Shown piece after piece: positions 32,619-41,826 of a DNA stretch of 64,000 nucleotides. Source of the stretch: Bacillota bacterium (GTDB lineage Bacteria; Bacillota; Sulfobacillia; JAIMAT01); assembly GCA_029961055.1 (NCBI GenBank), contig JASBVM010000048.1, positions 5,600 to 69,599 on the forward strand, read 5' to 3'. The notes under the pieces are model-generated. The model worked only from the letters and a program-made list of their open reading frames with translations, had not been told where the DNA came from and ran no database searches. Each line of letters starts with the position of its first letter. Positions within the stretch are counted from its first letter, which is position 1. The position numbers and the translations under genes are program-made.

Positions 32619-33833
32619 GTGCAGCGGCTCCGCTGGGTGCAGCAGCTGGGGACGGCCTACCTGGTCTACCCCGGGTGCCGGCACAGCCGCCTGGAGCACG
32701 GCCTCGGCGCCCTGGCGGTGGCCGGCCGGATCCTGGACGCGCTGGCCCGGAGCGGCTTCGCGCCGCCGGAGGAGGTGGCCCGGGCCGTCCGCGCGGCCGC
32801 ACTCCTCCACGACGTCTCCCACGTCCCCTTCGGCCACACCCTGGAGGACGAGCGCGGCCTGCTCCCGCGCCACGACCAGGGGTCGCGGCTGGAACTCCTC
32901 CTGGCCGGCGAGCTGGGACGGAGGCTGGAACGGCTCGACCTGCTGGAGCCGGTGCGCGCGATCCTGGAGCCGGCCGGGGCCGGGGCCGGGCCCGGCCCCG
33001 GGAAGCGCCGGCTGCCTCCCTGGGCTCGGGAGACCGTGGCCGGCACCATCGACGCCGACCTGCTCGACTACCTGCGGCGCGACGCCTACTACGCCGGGCT
33101 GAGACCCGGCTACGACGACCGCATCTTCCGCTACTTCGTCCTCGACGACGGCCACCTGGCCCTCAACCTGCAGGACCGTGGGATCGAACGCCCGGACGCC
33201 CGCTCCGAGGTGGTCCAGGTGCTGCGCACCCGCTACTTCCTGACGGAGCGGGTCTACTTCCATCATGCCAAGGTGGCCTCGGGCGCCATGGTCTCCCGGG
33301 CGGTGGAGACCGTCCTGGAGGCGGGTGCCCTGCGCGAGGCCGACCTGCTGGCGCACGGCGACCAGACGCTCCTCGACTGGCTGGCCCGGGGCGCGGGCCT
33401 CGACGGGGAGGAGGGGCAGGCGGTCTCCCTCCTGGCCCGGGGCGTCCTGGAGCGCCGCCTGCTCAAACGCGCCTACGTGCTCACCCCGCGGACCACCCGC
33501 CCGGAGGAGCGGGCGGAGCTGACCCGCCGCTACTGGCGCCGGGGCGAGGAGCGCCGGCGGCTGGAGGCCGAGCTGGCCGGGGAGGCCGGCCTCCCCGAGG
33601 GCCTGGTGGTGGTCTGGTGCGCCCAGGAGAGCGCTCTCAAAGAAGCGCGGGTGCGGGTGATCGGTCCCGCGGGCCGGCGGGCGCTGGAGGGCCCGGAGGT
33701 GGAAGCGCTGGACCAGGCCTACCGGGCGCTCTGGCGGTTCTATGTCTTCGCTCCTCCAGAGGCCCGCGGCCGCGTGGAGGAGCTGGCCGCGCGCCGCTTC
33801 GACCGCCCCAGCGAGCTGCGGCCGCTCGGCTAG
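32619..33833 (+). CDS. HD-domain phosphohydrolase (dGTPase/SAMHD1-like family).
   Basis: HSRLEHGLGA...LLHDVSHVPFGHTLED...DADLLDYLRRDAYYAG. The conserved N-terminal motif (ILRDPVHGDIPLT) continues in frame upstream to ~32544 with no ATG/GTG/TTG (see findings). Confidence 0.7.
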   Translation: MQRLRWVQQLGTAYLVYPGCRHSRLEHGLGALAVAGRILDALARSGFAPPEEVARAVRAAALLHDVSHVPFGHTLEDERGLLPRHDQGSRLELLLAGELGRRLERLDLLEPVRAILEPAGAGAGPGPGKRRLPPWARETVAGTIDADLLDYLRRDAYYAGLRPGYDDRIFRYFVLDDGHLALNLQDRGIERPDARSEVVQVLRTRYFLTERVYFHHAKVASGAMVSRAVETVLEAGALREADLLAHGDQTLLDWLARGAGLDGEEGQAVSLLARGVLERRLLKRAYVLTPRTTRPEERAELTRRYWRRGEERRRLEAELAGEAGLPEGLVVVWCAQESALKEARVRVIGPAGRRALEGPEVEALDQAYRALWRFYVFAPPEARGRVEELAARRFDRPSELRPLG

Positions 33834-33885
33834 GGAAATCCCCGGGAGGGCGAGCCATTCGTCCACAAAATCACATCTCACTCAT

Positions 33886-33914
33886 TTGAGGGAGAGGTCC
33901 TGGCCCGGTATAAT
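33886..33914 (+). promoter_or_regulatory. Sigma-A-type promoter of the qcr (cytochrome bc) operon.
   Basis: TTGAGG, a 17-nt spacer, then TATAAT (33909..33914) in an unusually AT-rich patch. A leader hairpin GGGCGTCG...CGACGCCC follows at ~33967..33994. Confidence 0.55.
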
Positions 33915-34016
33915 GAACCCGCATTACGATAGATGAACATAAAGGAAGCACAGTAACGATCCGTAAGGGCGTCGGCCGACCTGGTATCCGAACGACGCCC
34001 CAAAGGGGGGTCGGCG

Positions 34017-34793
34017 GTGGCAGAGCCCAGGCCCAACCTCTGGGAGCGGATCCGCGGGACCGCGCTCTACAGGTCGATCTACCGGACGCGCTACCCGGAC
34101 CAGCCTCGGTGGCAGTCCATGGTCATCCTGCAGAGCTTGGCGCTCCACCTGCATCCGGTCCGAATACCCAAGCGGGCCACCCGTCTCACCTACACGTGGG
34201 GGCTGGGGGGGCTGAGCGTCTGGCTCTTCCTCATCCTCACCTTCACGGGCGTCTTCCTGATGTTCTACTACGTGCCCGACGTGCCGGGCGCCTACTTCTC
34301 CATCCAGAACCTGGCCACAAGCGTCACCTTCGGCCAGTTCATGCGCAACCTCCACCGCTGGGCCGCGCACGCCATGGTCCTGCTGGTCTTCATGCACATG
34401 ACGCGCGTCTTCCTGACCGGCTCCTACAAGCGGCCGCGGGAGTACAACTGGATGGTCGGCGTCGGCCTCCTGGTGCTCACCTTCCTGCTCAGCTTCACCG
34501 GCTATCTCCTGCCCTGGGACCAGCTGGCGCTCTGGGCGATCACGGTGGGGACCAACATGGCCGGCTCGACGCCGCTCATCGGCGGCACCGTCCGGACGGC
34601 GCTCCTGGGCGGTTTCAGCGTGGGGCCGGCGACGCTGGTGCGCTGGTACACCCTGCACGTCATCTTCCTGCCGCTGGCGCTGATCGTGGGCATGAGCATC
34701 CACTTCTGGCGCATCCGCAAGGACGGCGGCATCTCCACCCCGATCTACGAGGAAGAGGAGATTGGGACCCATGTCCAGCAGCTTGCCGGGTGA
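34017..34793 (+). CDS. qcrB: Menaquinol-cytochrome c reductase cytochrome b subunit (b6-type, split).
   Basis: Heme-ligand His pairs in TM helices (FMRNLHRWAAHAMV..., LPWDQLALWAI). GTG start after AAAGGGGGG. Confidence 0.85.
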   Translation: MAEPRPNLWERIRGTALYRSIYRTRYPDQPRWQSMVILQSLALHLHPVRIPKRATRLTYTWGLGGLSVWLFLILTFTGVFLMFYYVPDVPGAYFSIQNLATSVTFGQFMRNLHRWAAHAMVLLVFMHMTRVFLTGSYKRPREYNWMVGVGLLVLTFLLSFTGYLLPWDQLALWAITVGTNMAGSTPLIGGTVRTALLGGFSVGPATLVRWYTLHVIFLPLALIVGMSIHFWRIRKDGGISTPIYEEEEIGTHVQQLAG

Positions 34794-35550
34794 ACGGACT
34801 CAACCGCTGGAGGAGGAAGGCGCACCCGCGCGGAACCCGCGCGAGCGCTTCTTCGAGGACGTGCCCGAGGAGGAGACGCGCTCCGTCTTCGTCTGGCCCA
34901 ACCTGCTCAGCATCGAGCTGGTCGGCGGCCTCCTGCTCCTGCTCCTCCTCAGCGTCCTGGCCGTCCTGGTCAACGCGCCGCTGGAGACGCTGGCCAACGA
35001 CGAGAAGACGCCCGACCCGTCCAAGGCGCCCTGGTACTTCCTCGGCCTGCAGGAGCTGCTCCTGCACATGCACCCGTCGCTGGCCGGCGTGATCGTGCCC
35101 GGAGTGGTCATCCTCGGCCTGATGGCCATCCCGTACATCGATCGGGAACGGGTCGGCACCGGCATCTACTTCACCACCAAGAAGGGGCTCCCCATCGCCC
35201 TGTTCTCGCTGGTCTACACGGCGGTCTGGGAGGTGGGGCTGATCCTGCTGGACCAGTACCTCCCCGCTGCCGAGGGCGGCCACGGCCTGGGCCCCTACCT
35301 GCACACGGTGCTGGGCTGGCCGGAGTGGATCTCCGCCATCGCGGTGCCGAGCGTGATCATGCTCTTCATCCCGACGCTGCTGGCCCTCATCGTGCGCAGG
35401 CGCTGGCAGGCCGACACGCGCGAGGTGATGATCGCGCTCTACGCCTTCTTCTTCGCCTCGTTCTGGACGCTGACCATCGTCGGGACCTTCTTCCGCGGGG
35501 AGAGCATGAACCTGGTCCTGCCGTGGAATCTTCCCGGCTTCAGCGAGTAG
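34771..35550 (+). CDS. qcrC: Cytochrome b6-f complex subunit IV-like protein (C-terminal half of cytochrome b).
   Basis: [11 protein letters not shown] (PEWY-type motif) and 3 TM helices. ATG 34771 after GAAGAGGAG; overlaps the qcrB 3' end. Confidence 0.8.
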   Translation: MSSSLPGERTQPLEEEGAPARNPRERFFEDVPEEETRSVFVWPNLLSIELVGGLLLLLLLSVLAVLVNAPLETLANDEKTPDPSKAPWYFLGLQELLLHMHPSLAGVIVPGVVILGLMAIPYIDRERVGTGIYFTTKKGLPIALFSLVYTAVWEVGLILLDQYLPAAEGGHGLGPYLHTVLGWPEWISAIAVPSVIMLFIPTLLALIVRRRWQADTREVMIALYAFFFASFWTLTIVGTFFRGESMNLVLPWNLPGFSE

Positions 35551-35578
35551 CGATCGTCGGCATGGGGGTGAGCGTGGC

Positions 35579-36130
35579 GTGAGCGTACAACCGGAGGCAG
35601 AGAAGCCGTCGGCCCAGCCCAAGCCGGCCCCGGAGCCGGAGAAGGTGAGCCGGCGGAGGCTCCTGCGCTACCTGATGTGGGGGTCGACGGGCGTCTTCAC
35701 ACTCGCCGTGGCGGGGACCGGGCTGGGCATGTTCTGGCCGCGCAAGATCGAGGGCTTCGGCGGCAAGGTGGTCGCCGGCCCGGTGAGCAAGTTCGCGCAG
35801 CCCCTCAGCGTCACCGTCGTGCGCGAAGGCAAGTTCTACGTCTCGCATGTGACCAGGAAGTACGCGCCCACCGAGGGGCTGATCGCGCTCTACTGGCGGT
35901 GCGTCCACCTGGGGTGCACCGTCCCCTGGGTCCCCGCCGAGGATCGCTTCCACTGCCCCTGCCACGGCTCGATCTACGATCACGCGGGCAAGAACATCGC
36001 CGGACCGGCGCCGCGACCGCTGGACTGGATGCCGTTGACGATCGAAAAGGGGATCGTGGTGGTCGACACGGGCAAGATCAACCAGCGGCACGCGGTGGAG
36101 GCCGATCAGATCACGCCGCTCAACGGCTGA
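35579..36130 (+). CDS. qcrA: Rieske [2Fe-2S] iron-sulfur subunit.
   Basis: CVHLGC...CPCHGS boxes; N-terminal TAT-like RRRLLRYLM. Confidence 0.85.
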   Translation: MSVQPEAEKPSAQPKPAPEPEKVSRRRLLRYLMWGSTGVFTLAVAGTGLGMFWPRKIEGFGGKVVAGPVSKFAQPLSVTVVREGKFYVSHVTRKYAPTEGLIALYWRCVHLGCTVPWVPAEDRFHCPCHGSIYDHAGKNIAGPAPRPLDWMPLTIEKGIVVVDTGKINQRHAVEADQITPLNG

Positions 36131-36145
36131 ACGGAGGGGAAGCAG

Positions 36146-36310
36146 GTGCTGCTGCAGCTGTCGGGCGCACGCGGGGAAGCGATCGAACTCCTGGTGGTCA
36201 TGCTGACGCTGGGCGTCTTCTACGTCTCGATGTGGGCCATCGACCGCTGGATCCGGACCGACCGGCCCGGGCAGGTCGCCCGCCAGGGAGGTGCCCGGGG
36301 TGGCCGATGA
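36146..36310 (+). CDS. Small (54 aa) single-TM protein, missing from the ORF track because of its size; possible small subunit of the bc complex.
   Basis: GTG 36146 six nt after an ACGGAGGGGAAG RBS, right after the Rieske stop. Hydrophobic core IELLVVMLTLGVFYVSMWAI. Its 3' end overlaps the cytochrome c start. Confidence 0.4.
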   Translation: MLLQLSGARGEAIELLVVMLTLGVFYVSMWAIDRWIRTDRPGQVARQGGARGGR

Positions 36311-37256
36311 ACCCGTCCAGGACCGCGAGCGGGTCTACTTCCTGGTGATGATCTTCTCCTGGCTGCTGGTCCTCCTCCTCGTCGGCTACGCCATCTACGA
36401 CCCGCTCCGCATGGCCGACGCGGCGGCGCAGCAGCGCCAGCAGTCCATCCAGAGCGGGGCGCGGCTCTATGCCCAGTACTGCATGGTCTGCCACGGTCCC
36501 AACGGCGAGGGCGTGGTCGGGAAGCCGCTCAACCGGCCGGACCTGCAGGGCGATCCGGCCGCCAAGCAGGACGTGGTGGCGATGCTGACGCAGACCATCA
36601 CCAACGGCCGGCCGGGCTCCACGGTGCCGCGCTGGGTCCGCCTGCCCGGCGGCGAGTGGGCCTCCTTCACCGCCATGCCCGCCTGGGGGCGGTCGCAGAA
36701 CGGGCCGCTCGACGAGCAGATGGTCAACGATCTGGTGGCCTTCATCATGAACGGCGACTTCGCCTTGGCCAACCGGTACACGCCGCCGGTGGGGACGGGG
36801 ACGCTCGGCCCGGCGGCTGCGTCCGATCCGGCCAAGCTGGCCACGCAGCTGCCCAAGCCCGCCGGCCTCGACGCCGGGACGTACGCGCAGGCGCAGAAGA
36901 TCGTCGGCAAGTACGGCTGCCTCAGCTGCCACACCATCGGCTCGGTGGGCGGCCGGATCGGGCCGGACCTGACCCAGGTGGGCAGCTGGGGGCTGGACGC
37001 CGACTTCCTCCAGGCGTGGGTGCTCCATGCCCCGACGGTCAAGGAGCGGGCGCCCGTCTACTGGTCCAACTACCAGAACCCCTTCCCCGTGCTGGAGCGA
37101 GCGCTGGGCAGCGGCGGGAAGGCGGACGGCCGGCTCGACCCGTTGCCGGCCCCGGTCCCCCTCCGCATCGGCACCGACATGCCCGACTTCTCCAAGGCGG
37201 GCATGACGCCGGAAGAGGCGAAGACGCTGGCCGACTACCTGCTCCACCTGAAGTGA
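36300..37256 (+). CDS. Membrane-anchored diheme cytochrome c.
   Basis: Two CxxCH motifs (CMVCH, CLSCH) and an N-terminal TM helix VYFLVMIFSWLLVLLLVGYAIY. Start GTG 36300 (after CAGGGAGGTG) or 36291. Confidence 0.75.
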   Translation: MADEPVQDRERVYFLVMIFSWLLVLLLVGYAIYDPLRMADAAAQQRQQSIQSGARLYAQYCMVCHGPNGEGVVGKPLNRPDLQGDPAAKQDVVAMLTQTITNGRPGSTVPRWVRLPGGEWASFTAMPAWGRSQNGPLDEQMVNDLVAFIMNGDFALANRYTPPVGTGTLGPAAASDPAKLATQLPKPAGLDAGTYAQAQKIVGKYGCLSCHTIGSVGGRIGPDLTQVGSWGLDADFLQAWVLHAPTVKERAPVYWSNYQNPFPVLERALGSGGKADGRLDPLPAPVPLRIGTDMPDFSKAGMTPEEAKTLADYLLHLK

Positions 37257-37262
37257 GGTCAC

Positions 37263-37272
37263 GGGGGGGGGG
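37263..37272. repeat. G10 homopolymer immediately upstream (4 nt) of the NERD-like gene start codon.
   Basis: acGGGGGGGGGGtccgATG. Confidence 0.9.
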
Positions 37273-37276
37273 TCCG

Positions 37277-38011
37277 ATGCAGCCGGCCGCGGAGTGGCTC
37301 TCGCTGGTCGCCACGCTGGCCTTCCTGGGCGGCGTGCTGCTCAAGCTCAACCAGCTGACGGGCTTCCCCTTCTTTCAGATGTTCGGCCTCTGGGCGCTGA
37401 TCGGGGCGATGCTCCTGGTCAGCCGCTGGGTCGAGCGGAACCAGGCGGTCCGGGTGGAGGAGAGCGTCCTGGAGCGGCTCCGGCAGCTGCTGCCCGCCGG
37501 CTCGCGGCTCCTCCGCCTGCGGCGGGACCGGCGGCTGCCCGGGCAGGCCGACCTGGTCATCCTCGCGCCGGCGGGGGTGGGTCTCCTCCTCTACGACCGC
37601 TCCTCGCAGCAGCGGCTGCGGCGAGGAGCGGTGCGGGCGCTGGGGGAGTCGGCGCGCCGGGCGGAGGAAGCCCGCCGGAGGGCCGAACGGCTCCTGGCGG
37701 AGGAGGGTGGGGCCCACGGTCTGGTGCTGCGCGCCGGCGTCCTCATGCTCCGGCGACGGGTGCGGGAGACGGAGCTGGAGGAGGCCCGGACGCTGGCGGA
37801 GGCCGCGGGCCGGGTCGACTTCCTCAACGCCGAGGAGCTGGAGGAGTGGCTCCACCCGCTGACCGGGGGAGGGACGTGGGAGGCCGGGGCGAGGGCGGCC
37901 TTCGCGCGACGGTGGCGCGACGAGGCGTCGCTGGAGCCGGGGTCGCGGGAGCCGGCGGCGGAGACGGCCCGGGCCGCCGGCCGGTGGGGAGCTCCCGGCG
38001 CGCAGGGCTGA
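37277..38011 (+). CDS. Membrane protein with two N-terminal TM helices and a NERD-like (nuclease-related) cytoplasmic domain.
   Basis: LPGQADLVILAPAGVGLLLYDRS resembles the NERD core; Arg/Glu-rich coiled C-terminus. Confidence 0.45.
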   Translation: MQPAAEWLSLVATLAFLGGVLLKLNQLTGFPFFQMFGLWALIGAMLLVSRWVERNQAVRVEESVLERLRQLLPAGSRLLRLRRDRRLPGQADLVILAPAGVGLLLYDRSSQQRLRRGAVRALGESARRAEEARRRAERLLAEEGGAHGLVLRAGVLMLRRRVRETELEEARTLAEAAGRVDFLNAEELEEWLHPLTGGGTWEAGARAAFARRWRDEASLEPGSREPAAETARAAGRWGAPGAQG

Positions 38012-38041
38012 GGCGACCGGGCCGAAAGGAGGAGGAGCGGA

Positions 38042-38470
38042 GTGGCTTACACGATCGTGGAGACCTGCATCGGCTGCTCGGCCTGCGAGAAGGTCTGCCC
38101 CACCGACGCCATCTGGGGCAGGCAGCGGGAGCTCTTCCACATCGATCCCGAGCTCTGCATCGACTGCGGCGCCTGCGCCCGGGTCTGCCCGGTCCAGGCG
38201 ATCCACGACGCGAAGGGCTTCTTCCCCCCGCGGATCGCCCGGCGCGCCGACTGGCCGAAGCCGGTGGTCAACCCGGACCTCTGCTCGGGCTGCAACTTCT
38301 GCGTGGACATCTGCCCCTTCGACTGCCTGGAGGTGGAGGGCGGTCCCATGTTCGGCATCGCCAGGCTGGTGCGGCCGAACGCCTGCGTCAGCTGCGGCGA
38401 GTGCGAGGAGGTCTGCATCAAGGGGGCGATCGTGGTCCCGGGCGTCCGCCGTCCCAGGGAGGTGGCCTGA
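38042..38470 (+). CDS. Ferredoxin with four CxxCxxCxxxCP motifs (two 2x[4Fe-4S] dicluster domains).
   Basis: CIGCSACEKVCP, CIDCGACARVCP, CSGCNFCVDICP, CVSCGECEEVC; GTG after AAAGGAGGAGGAG. Confidence 0.8.
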   Translation: MAYTIVETCIGCSACEKVCPTDAIWGRQRELFHIDPELCIDCGACARVCPVQAIHDAKGFFPPRIARRADWPKPVVNPDLCSGCNFCVDICPFDCLEVEGGPMFGIARLVRPNACVSCGECEEVCIKGAIVVPGVRRPREVA

Positions 38471-38508
38471 GCGGCGAGCCCGAGACTGGGGCCGGCGGTC
38501 CAGCCGGC

Positions 38509-39306
38509 CTAGTCGGCGTCGGCCTGGAGCGCCGGTTCGCGGCTCTGGTTCCTGCGGTAGATGATCTCCAGCCCCGTGAGCGTCAGGAAGGGATCGACCC
38601 TCTGGATCGTCTCGCTCTCCGCCGCCACCAGCTCGGCGTAGCCCCCCGTGGCCACCACGGCGGAGCGGCTGCCCAGCTCCCGCTGGATGCGGCGGACCAG
38701 CGCGTCCACCTGTCCCGCGAAGCCGAAGAGGATGCCGGACTGCATGGACTGGACCGTGTTCCGGCCGATCACCCGGGGCGGCCGCACCAGCTCCACCCGG
38801 GGCAGCTTGGAAGCGTGCTCGAAGAGCGCCTCCGTCGAGATGCCGATGCCGGGGGCGATGGCACCCCCCAGGTAGGCGCCGGTGGCGTCGACCACGTCGA
38901 AGGTGGTGGCGGTCCCGAAGTCGACCACCACCACCGGCCCGCCGTACTGCTCGAAGGCGGCCACGGCGTCGACGATCCGGTCGGCGCCCACCTCCCGGGG
39001 GTTCTCGTAGCGGATGGGCATGCCGGTGTGGACTCCGGGCCCCACCACCAGCGGCTCCACGTGCAGCTCCTGGCGGAGGAAGCGGACGATCGCCGCCAGG
39101 GAGGGCGGCACCACGCAGGCGACGGCTGCCCCGTCGACCTCCTCGGGCCGCTCGCCGGCCCGGTCGAAGAGCACCTTGAGCATCACCGCCCACTCGTCCG
39201 CCGTCCGCTCCGGGCGGCTGGAGACCCGCCAGTGGCGGACCAGGCGGCGTCCGCGGTAGAGACCGATCATGGTCGTGGTGTTGCCCATGTCCAGCGCGAG
39301 TAGCAC
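38509..39306 (-). CDS. coaX: Type III pantothenate kinase.
   Basis: MLLALDMGNTTTMIGLY...VVDFGTATTFD... Confidence 0.9.
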   Translation of the reverse strand: MLLALDMGNTTTMIGLYRGRRLVRHWRVSSRPERTADEWAVMLKVLFDRAGERPEEVDGAAVACVVPPSLAAIVRFLRQELHVEPLVVGPGVHTGMPIRYENPREVGADRIVDAVAAFEQYGGPVVVVDFGTATTFDVVDATGAYLGGAIAPGIGISTEALFEHASKLPRVELVRPPRVIGRNTVQSMQSGILFGFAGQVDALVRRIQRELGSRSAVVATGGYAELVAAESETIQRVDPFLTLTGLEIIYRRNQSREPALQADAD

Positions 39307-39363
39307 TTCCTCCGCTCGCCTCCGCTTGCAGACGTCTTCGAGGTCGTCGAAGCCTCCCGCCGC

Positions 39364-40134
39364 TCAGCCCGCGGCGCCGGTGGTCTCGCTGGCGCCCTTC
39401 GCCAGGCCGATGCGGCGCAGCGCCCGGTAGACGGGGACGGTCAGGAGCATGGCCACCAGGGCCTCCGGAAGTCCCTGCACCACGCCGATGCCCAGCGCGA
39501 TCTGCCAGGGCAGGTAGCCCCGCAGCGTCACCAGGGTGAGGACGCCCACGGTGTTGGTCAGGCTGCCCAGGAGAGCCGCCAGGGCCGGGCCCGTCTCTCC
39601 CCGCCGCAACCAGCGGAGCACCAGCCAGGCCGCGCCCGCGGCCACGCCCAGCGATGCGGCGAGGCTCAAGGGCGTCACGCCCGGGTAGGGGGACTGGACG
39701 GAGGTGGGGATGCCGTTGGTCAGCCGGTAGGTGGCATCCCCCAGGGCGAGCGCCACCAGCGCGGCCACCGCCCAGCGGCCGGCGCGGCTCTCCGCCGCCC
39801 GGAGCGAGGCGTAGGCGACCAGCCCGATGAGGATGCGGGGGACGAAGGCGACCAGCGGGTCGCTGAACATCACCCGGGCGACGGGGTTGGCGGCGTGGGT
39901 GAGCGCCTGCCAGTAGCTGAAGGTGCCGAAGAGGAGGCCGGCCCAGGCTCCGGCCAGCGGCCCCTCCGCCAGGGCGGCCAGGATGACCGGGATGTGGATG
40001 GTGGTGGCGGAACCGGCCGGCGTCGGCACGGGGATGAATCCGAGGGGGGTGAGGCCGAGGACGACCACCAGCGCCCCCATGAGGGCGGTGACCACCAGGC
40101 TGCGGGTACGCGAATGGGCCTGCGCGACGTGCAC
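39364..40134 (-). CDS. ECF-transporter substrate-specific (S) component; substrate unknown, possibly pantothenate given coaX downstream.
   Basis: 256 aa, ~6 TM; ECF S-component-like topology. GTG start after AACGGAGGGAT. Confidence 0.5.
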   Translation of the reverse strand: MHVAQAHSRTRSLVVTALMGALVVVLGLTPLGFIPVPTPAGSATTIHIPVILAALAEGPLAGAWAGLLFGTFSYWQALTHAANPVARVMFSDPLVAFVPRILIGLVAYASLRAAESRAGRWAVAALVALALGDATYRLTNGIPTSVQSPYPGVTPLSLAASLGVAAGAAWLVLRWLRRGETGPALAALLGSLTNTVGVLTLVTLRGYLPWQIALGIGVVQGLPEALVAMLLTVPVYRALRRIGLAKGASETTGAAG

Positions 40135-40345
40135 GGGAATCCCTCCGTTCCGGCTCCGCTCCCGCGGATGCCGTTCGTCGGACTGCGCCTGTCGCCTGGA
40201 ATCCGTCCGGAAGGCGGTGCGAGCCGAAGCTTTCGCCCGCCGGGACGATCCGGGCTGCTCCAGTATACACGGAGGGGGGCCGGGGCAGGAACCGCCCGCG
40301 CCCGCCGGCGGGCCGCGGAGGGGGCGGGCCGGGGGAGACCGGCGC

Positions 40346-40798
40346 TCAATCGAGGAAGCGCGCCAGGATGGCGGTCAGACCCGCGGCGATCAGGGGCCCG
40401 GTGGGCACTCCGCCCAGGAGGACGCCGACGATGGAGCCGACGATCAACCCCACCATGACGGAGGGCTGGCGGGCGAGGAGGTCGACGCCGTCCTTGGCCA
40501 CGTAGGCGGCGGCGGCGCTGACCACGACGGCGACGAGACCGGCGGGGCGGAGGAGCTCGCCGACGAAGTGGCGCAGGGAGATGCGGCCGTCCGCCACCGG
40601 AACCAGGATGGCCAGGATGAGCAGGAAGATGCCGGCGCTGATCCCGTACCGGCCGAGGAGGTGCAAGAGGGGATCGGCGCCTGCCAGGCGGAGGAGGATC
40701 AGCACCGCCGCCGAGCCGGTCAGCAGGCTGTTGCGCGAGACCAGGCCCAGCGCCAGGAGAAGGAGCAGGATGAGCATCGGCTCGGGCACCGAGAGCAT
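40346..40798 (-). CDS. Small hydrophobic membrane protein (DUF441/UPF0756-like).
   Basis: 150 aa, 4 predicted TM helices. Confidence 0.45.
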   Translation of the reverse strand: MLSVPEPMLILLLLLALGLVSRNSLLTGSAAVLILLRLAGADPLLHLLGRYGISAGIFLLILAILVPVADGRISLRHFVGELLRPAGLVAVVVSAAAAYVAKDGVDLLARQPSVMVGLIVGSIVGVLLGGVPTGPLIAAGLTAILARFLD

Positions 40799-40986
40799 GA
40801 CGCCGCCTCCTCAAGGGGTGGCCCCCACCAGCCCCCTGTTATTCGGGCCGGCGCGGATTATGCCGAGGGCTCACCTCGGTCAAGCGGGGCCGAATAGCCT
40901 GCTGCCGTGACACGCGGGCGGAGCGGGTTCAGGCGGCCCGGCCACGGACCTGGGCCGCCGCTCCGGCAGCGGGAGGAGGGGAGCAC

Positions 40987-41826
40987 GTGCGCGGACGCGG
41001 TTGGTCGGAGGCCTTCCCGTACCCCGTGGAGGGGCGTCAGGCCAAGCCCCGCGACGAGGGGCTGACCATGGTCATCGACAAGGGCCTGGGCTTGGAGCAG
41101 ACCCGCGACCTCCTGGAGCTGGCGGCGGAGCACGTCGACATGATCAAGCTCGCCTTCGGCACCTCGGCCCTCTACCCGTTGGAGCGGCTGAGGGAGAAGG
41201 TCCGGCTGATCCAGAGCTACGGGATCCCCGCCTACCCGGGAGGCACGCTCCTCGAGGTGGCGGTGGTGCAGGGGCGCTTCCAGGACTTCCTGGACGAGGC
41301 GGAGCGGATCGGGTTCGAGAAGCTCGAGGTCTCCGACGGCACCATCCCCATGACCCCGGACGTTCGCGCGGAGATCATCCGCATCTGCCGGGAGCGGGGC
41401 TTCGCGGTGGTCAGCGAGGTGGGGAAGAAGCACCCCGCCGACCGGGTACCCTCCAGCAACCTGGTGGAACAGGTGGCGGCCGACCTGGAGGCCGGCGCGA
41501 GCCACGTGATCATCGAGGGGCGCGAGTCCGGCAAGGGGGTGGTGATCTACCACGAGGACGGCTCCATCGACGACGACGAGCTGGAGTACATCGTGCGCAG
41601 CGTGCCGGACGTCCGCCGGCTCATCTGGGAGGCGCCGAGGAAGTCGCAGCAGCAGGACCTGGTCCTTCGCTTCGGCCCCAACGTCAACCTCGGCAACGTC
41701 CACCCGGAGGACGTCCTGGCCTGCGAGGCGCTGCGGGTCGGCCTGCGCGGCGACACGCTCCGGGCGGCTCTCCTCCGCCATCCCGAGCGCTTTCCCTTCC
41801 CCTACGCCCTTCAGCGGGACGGCTGA
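40987..41826 (+). CDS. comA: (2R)-phospho-3-sulfolactate synthase.
   Basis: EGLTMVIDKGLGLEQTRDLLELAAEHVDMIKLAFGTSALY is the ComA/YitD family. GTG after GGGAGGAGGG. Confidence 0.8.
   Translation: MRGRGWSEAFPYPVEGRQAKPRDEGLTMVIDKGLGLEQTRDLLELAAEHVDMIKLAFGTSALYPLERLREKVRLIQSYGIPAYPGGTLLEVAVVQGRFQDFLDEAERIGFEKLEVSDGTIPMTPDVRAEIIRICRERGFAVVSEVGKKHPADRVPSSNLVEQVAADLEAGASHVIIEGRESGKGVVIYHEDGSIDDDELEYIVRSVPDVRRLIWEAPRKSQQQDLVLRFGPNVNLGNVHPEDVLACEALRVGLRGDTLRAALLRHPERFPFPYALQRDG

Noticed and set aside
35677-36348. 223-aa plus-strand ORF overlapping the Rieske gene.
   Set aside because: Alternative frame of qcrA with Arg/Gly-rich translation; the real products are qcrA, the 54-aa ORF and the cytochrome c.
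37259-40270. 1003-aa minus-strand ORF.
   Set aside because: Antisense to the NERD-like gene, the ferredoxin, coaX and others in the wrong frame; repetitive GC-rich codons and no homology.
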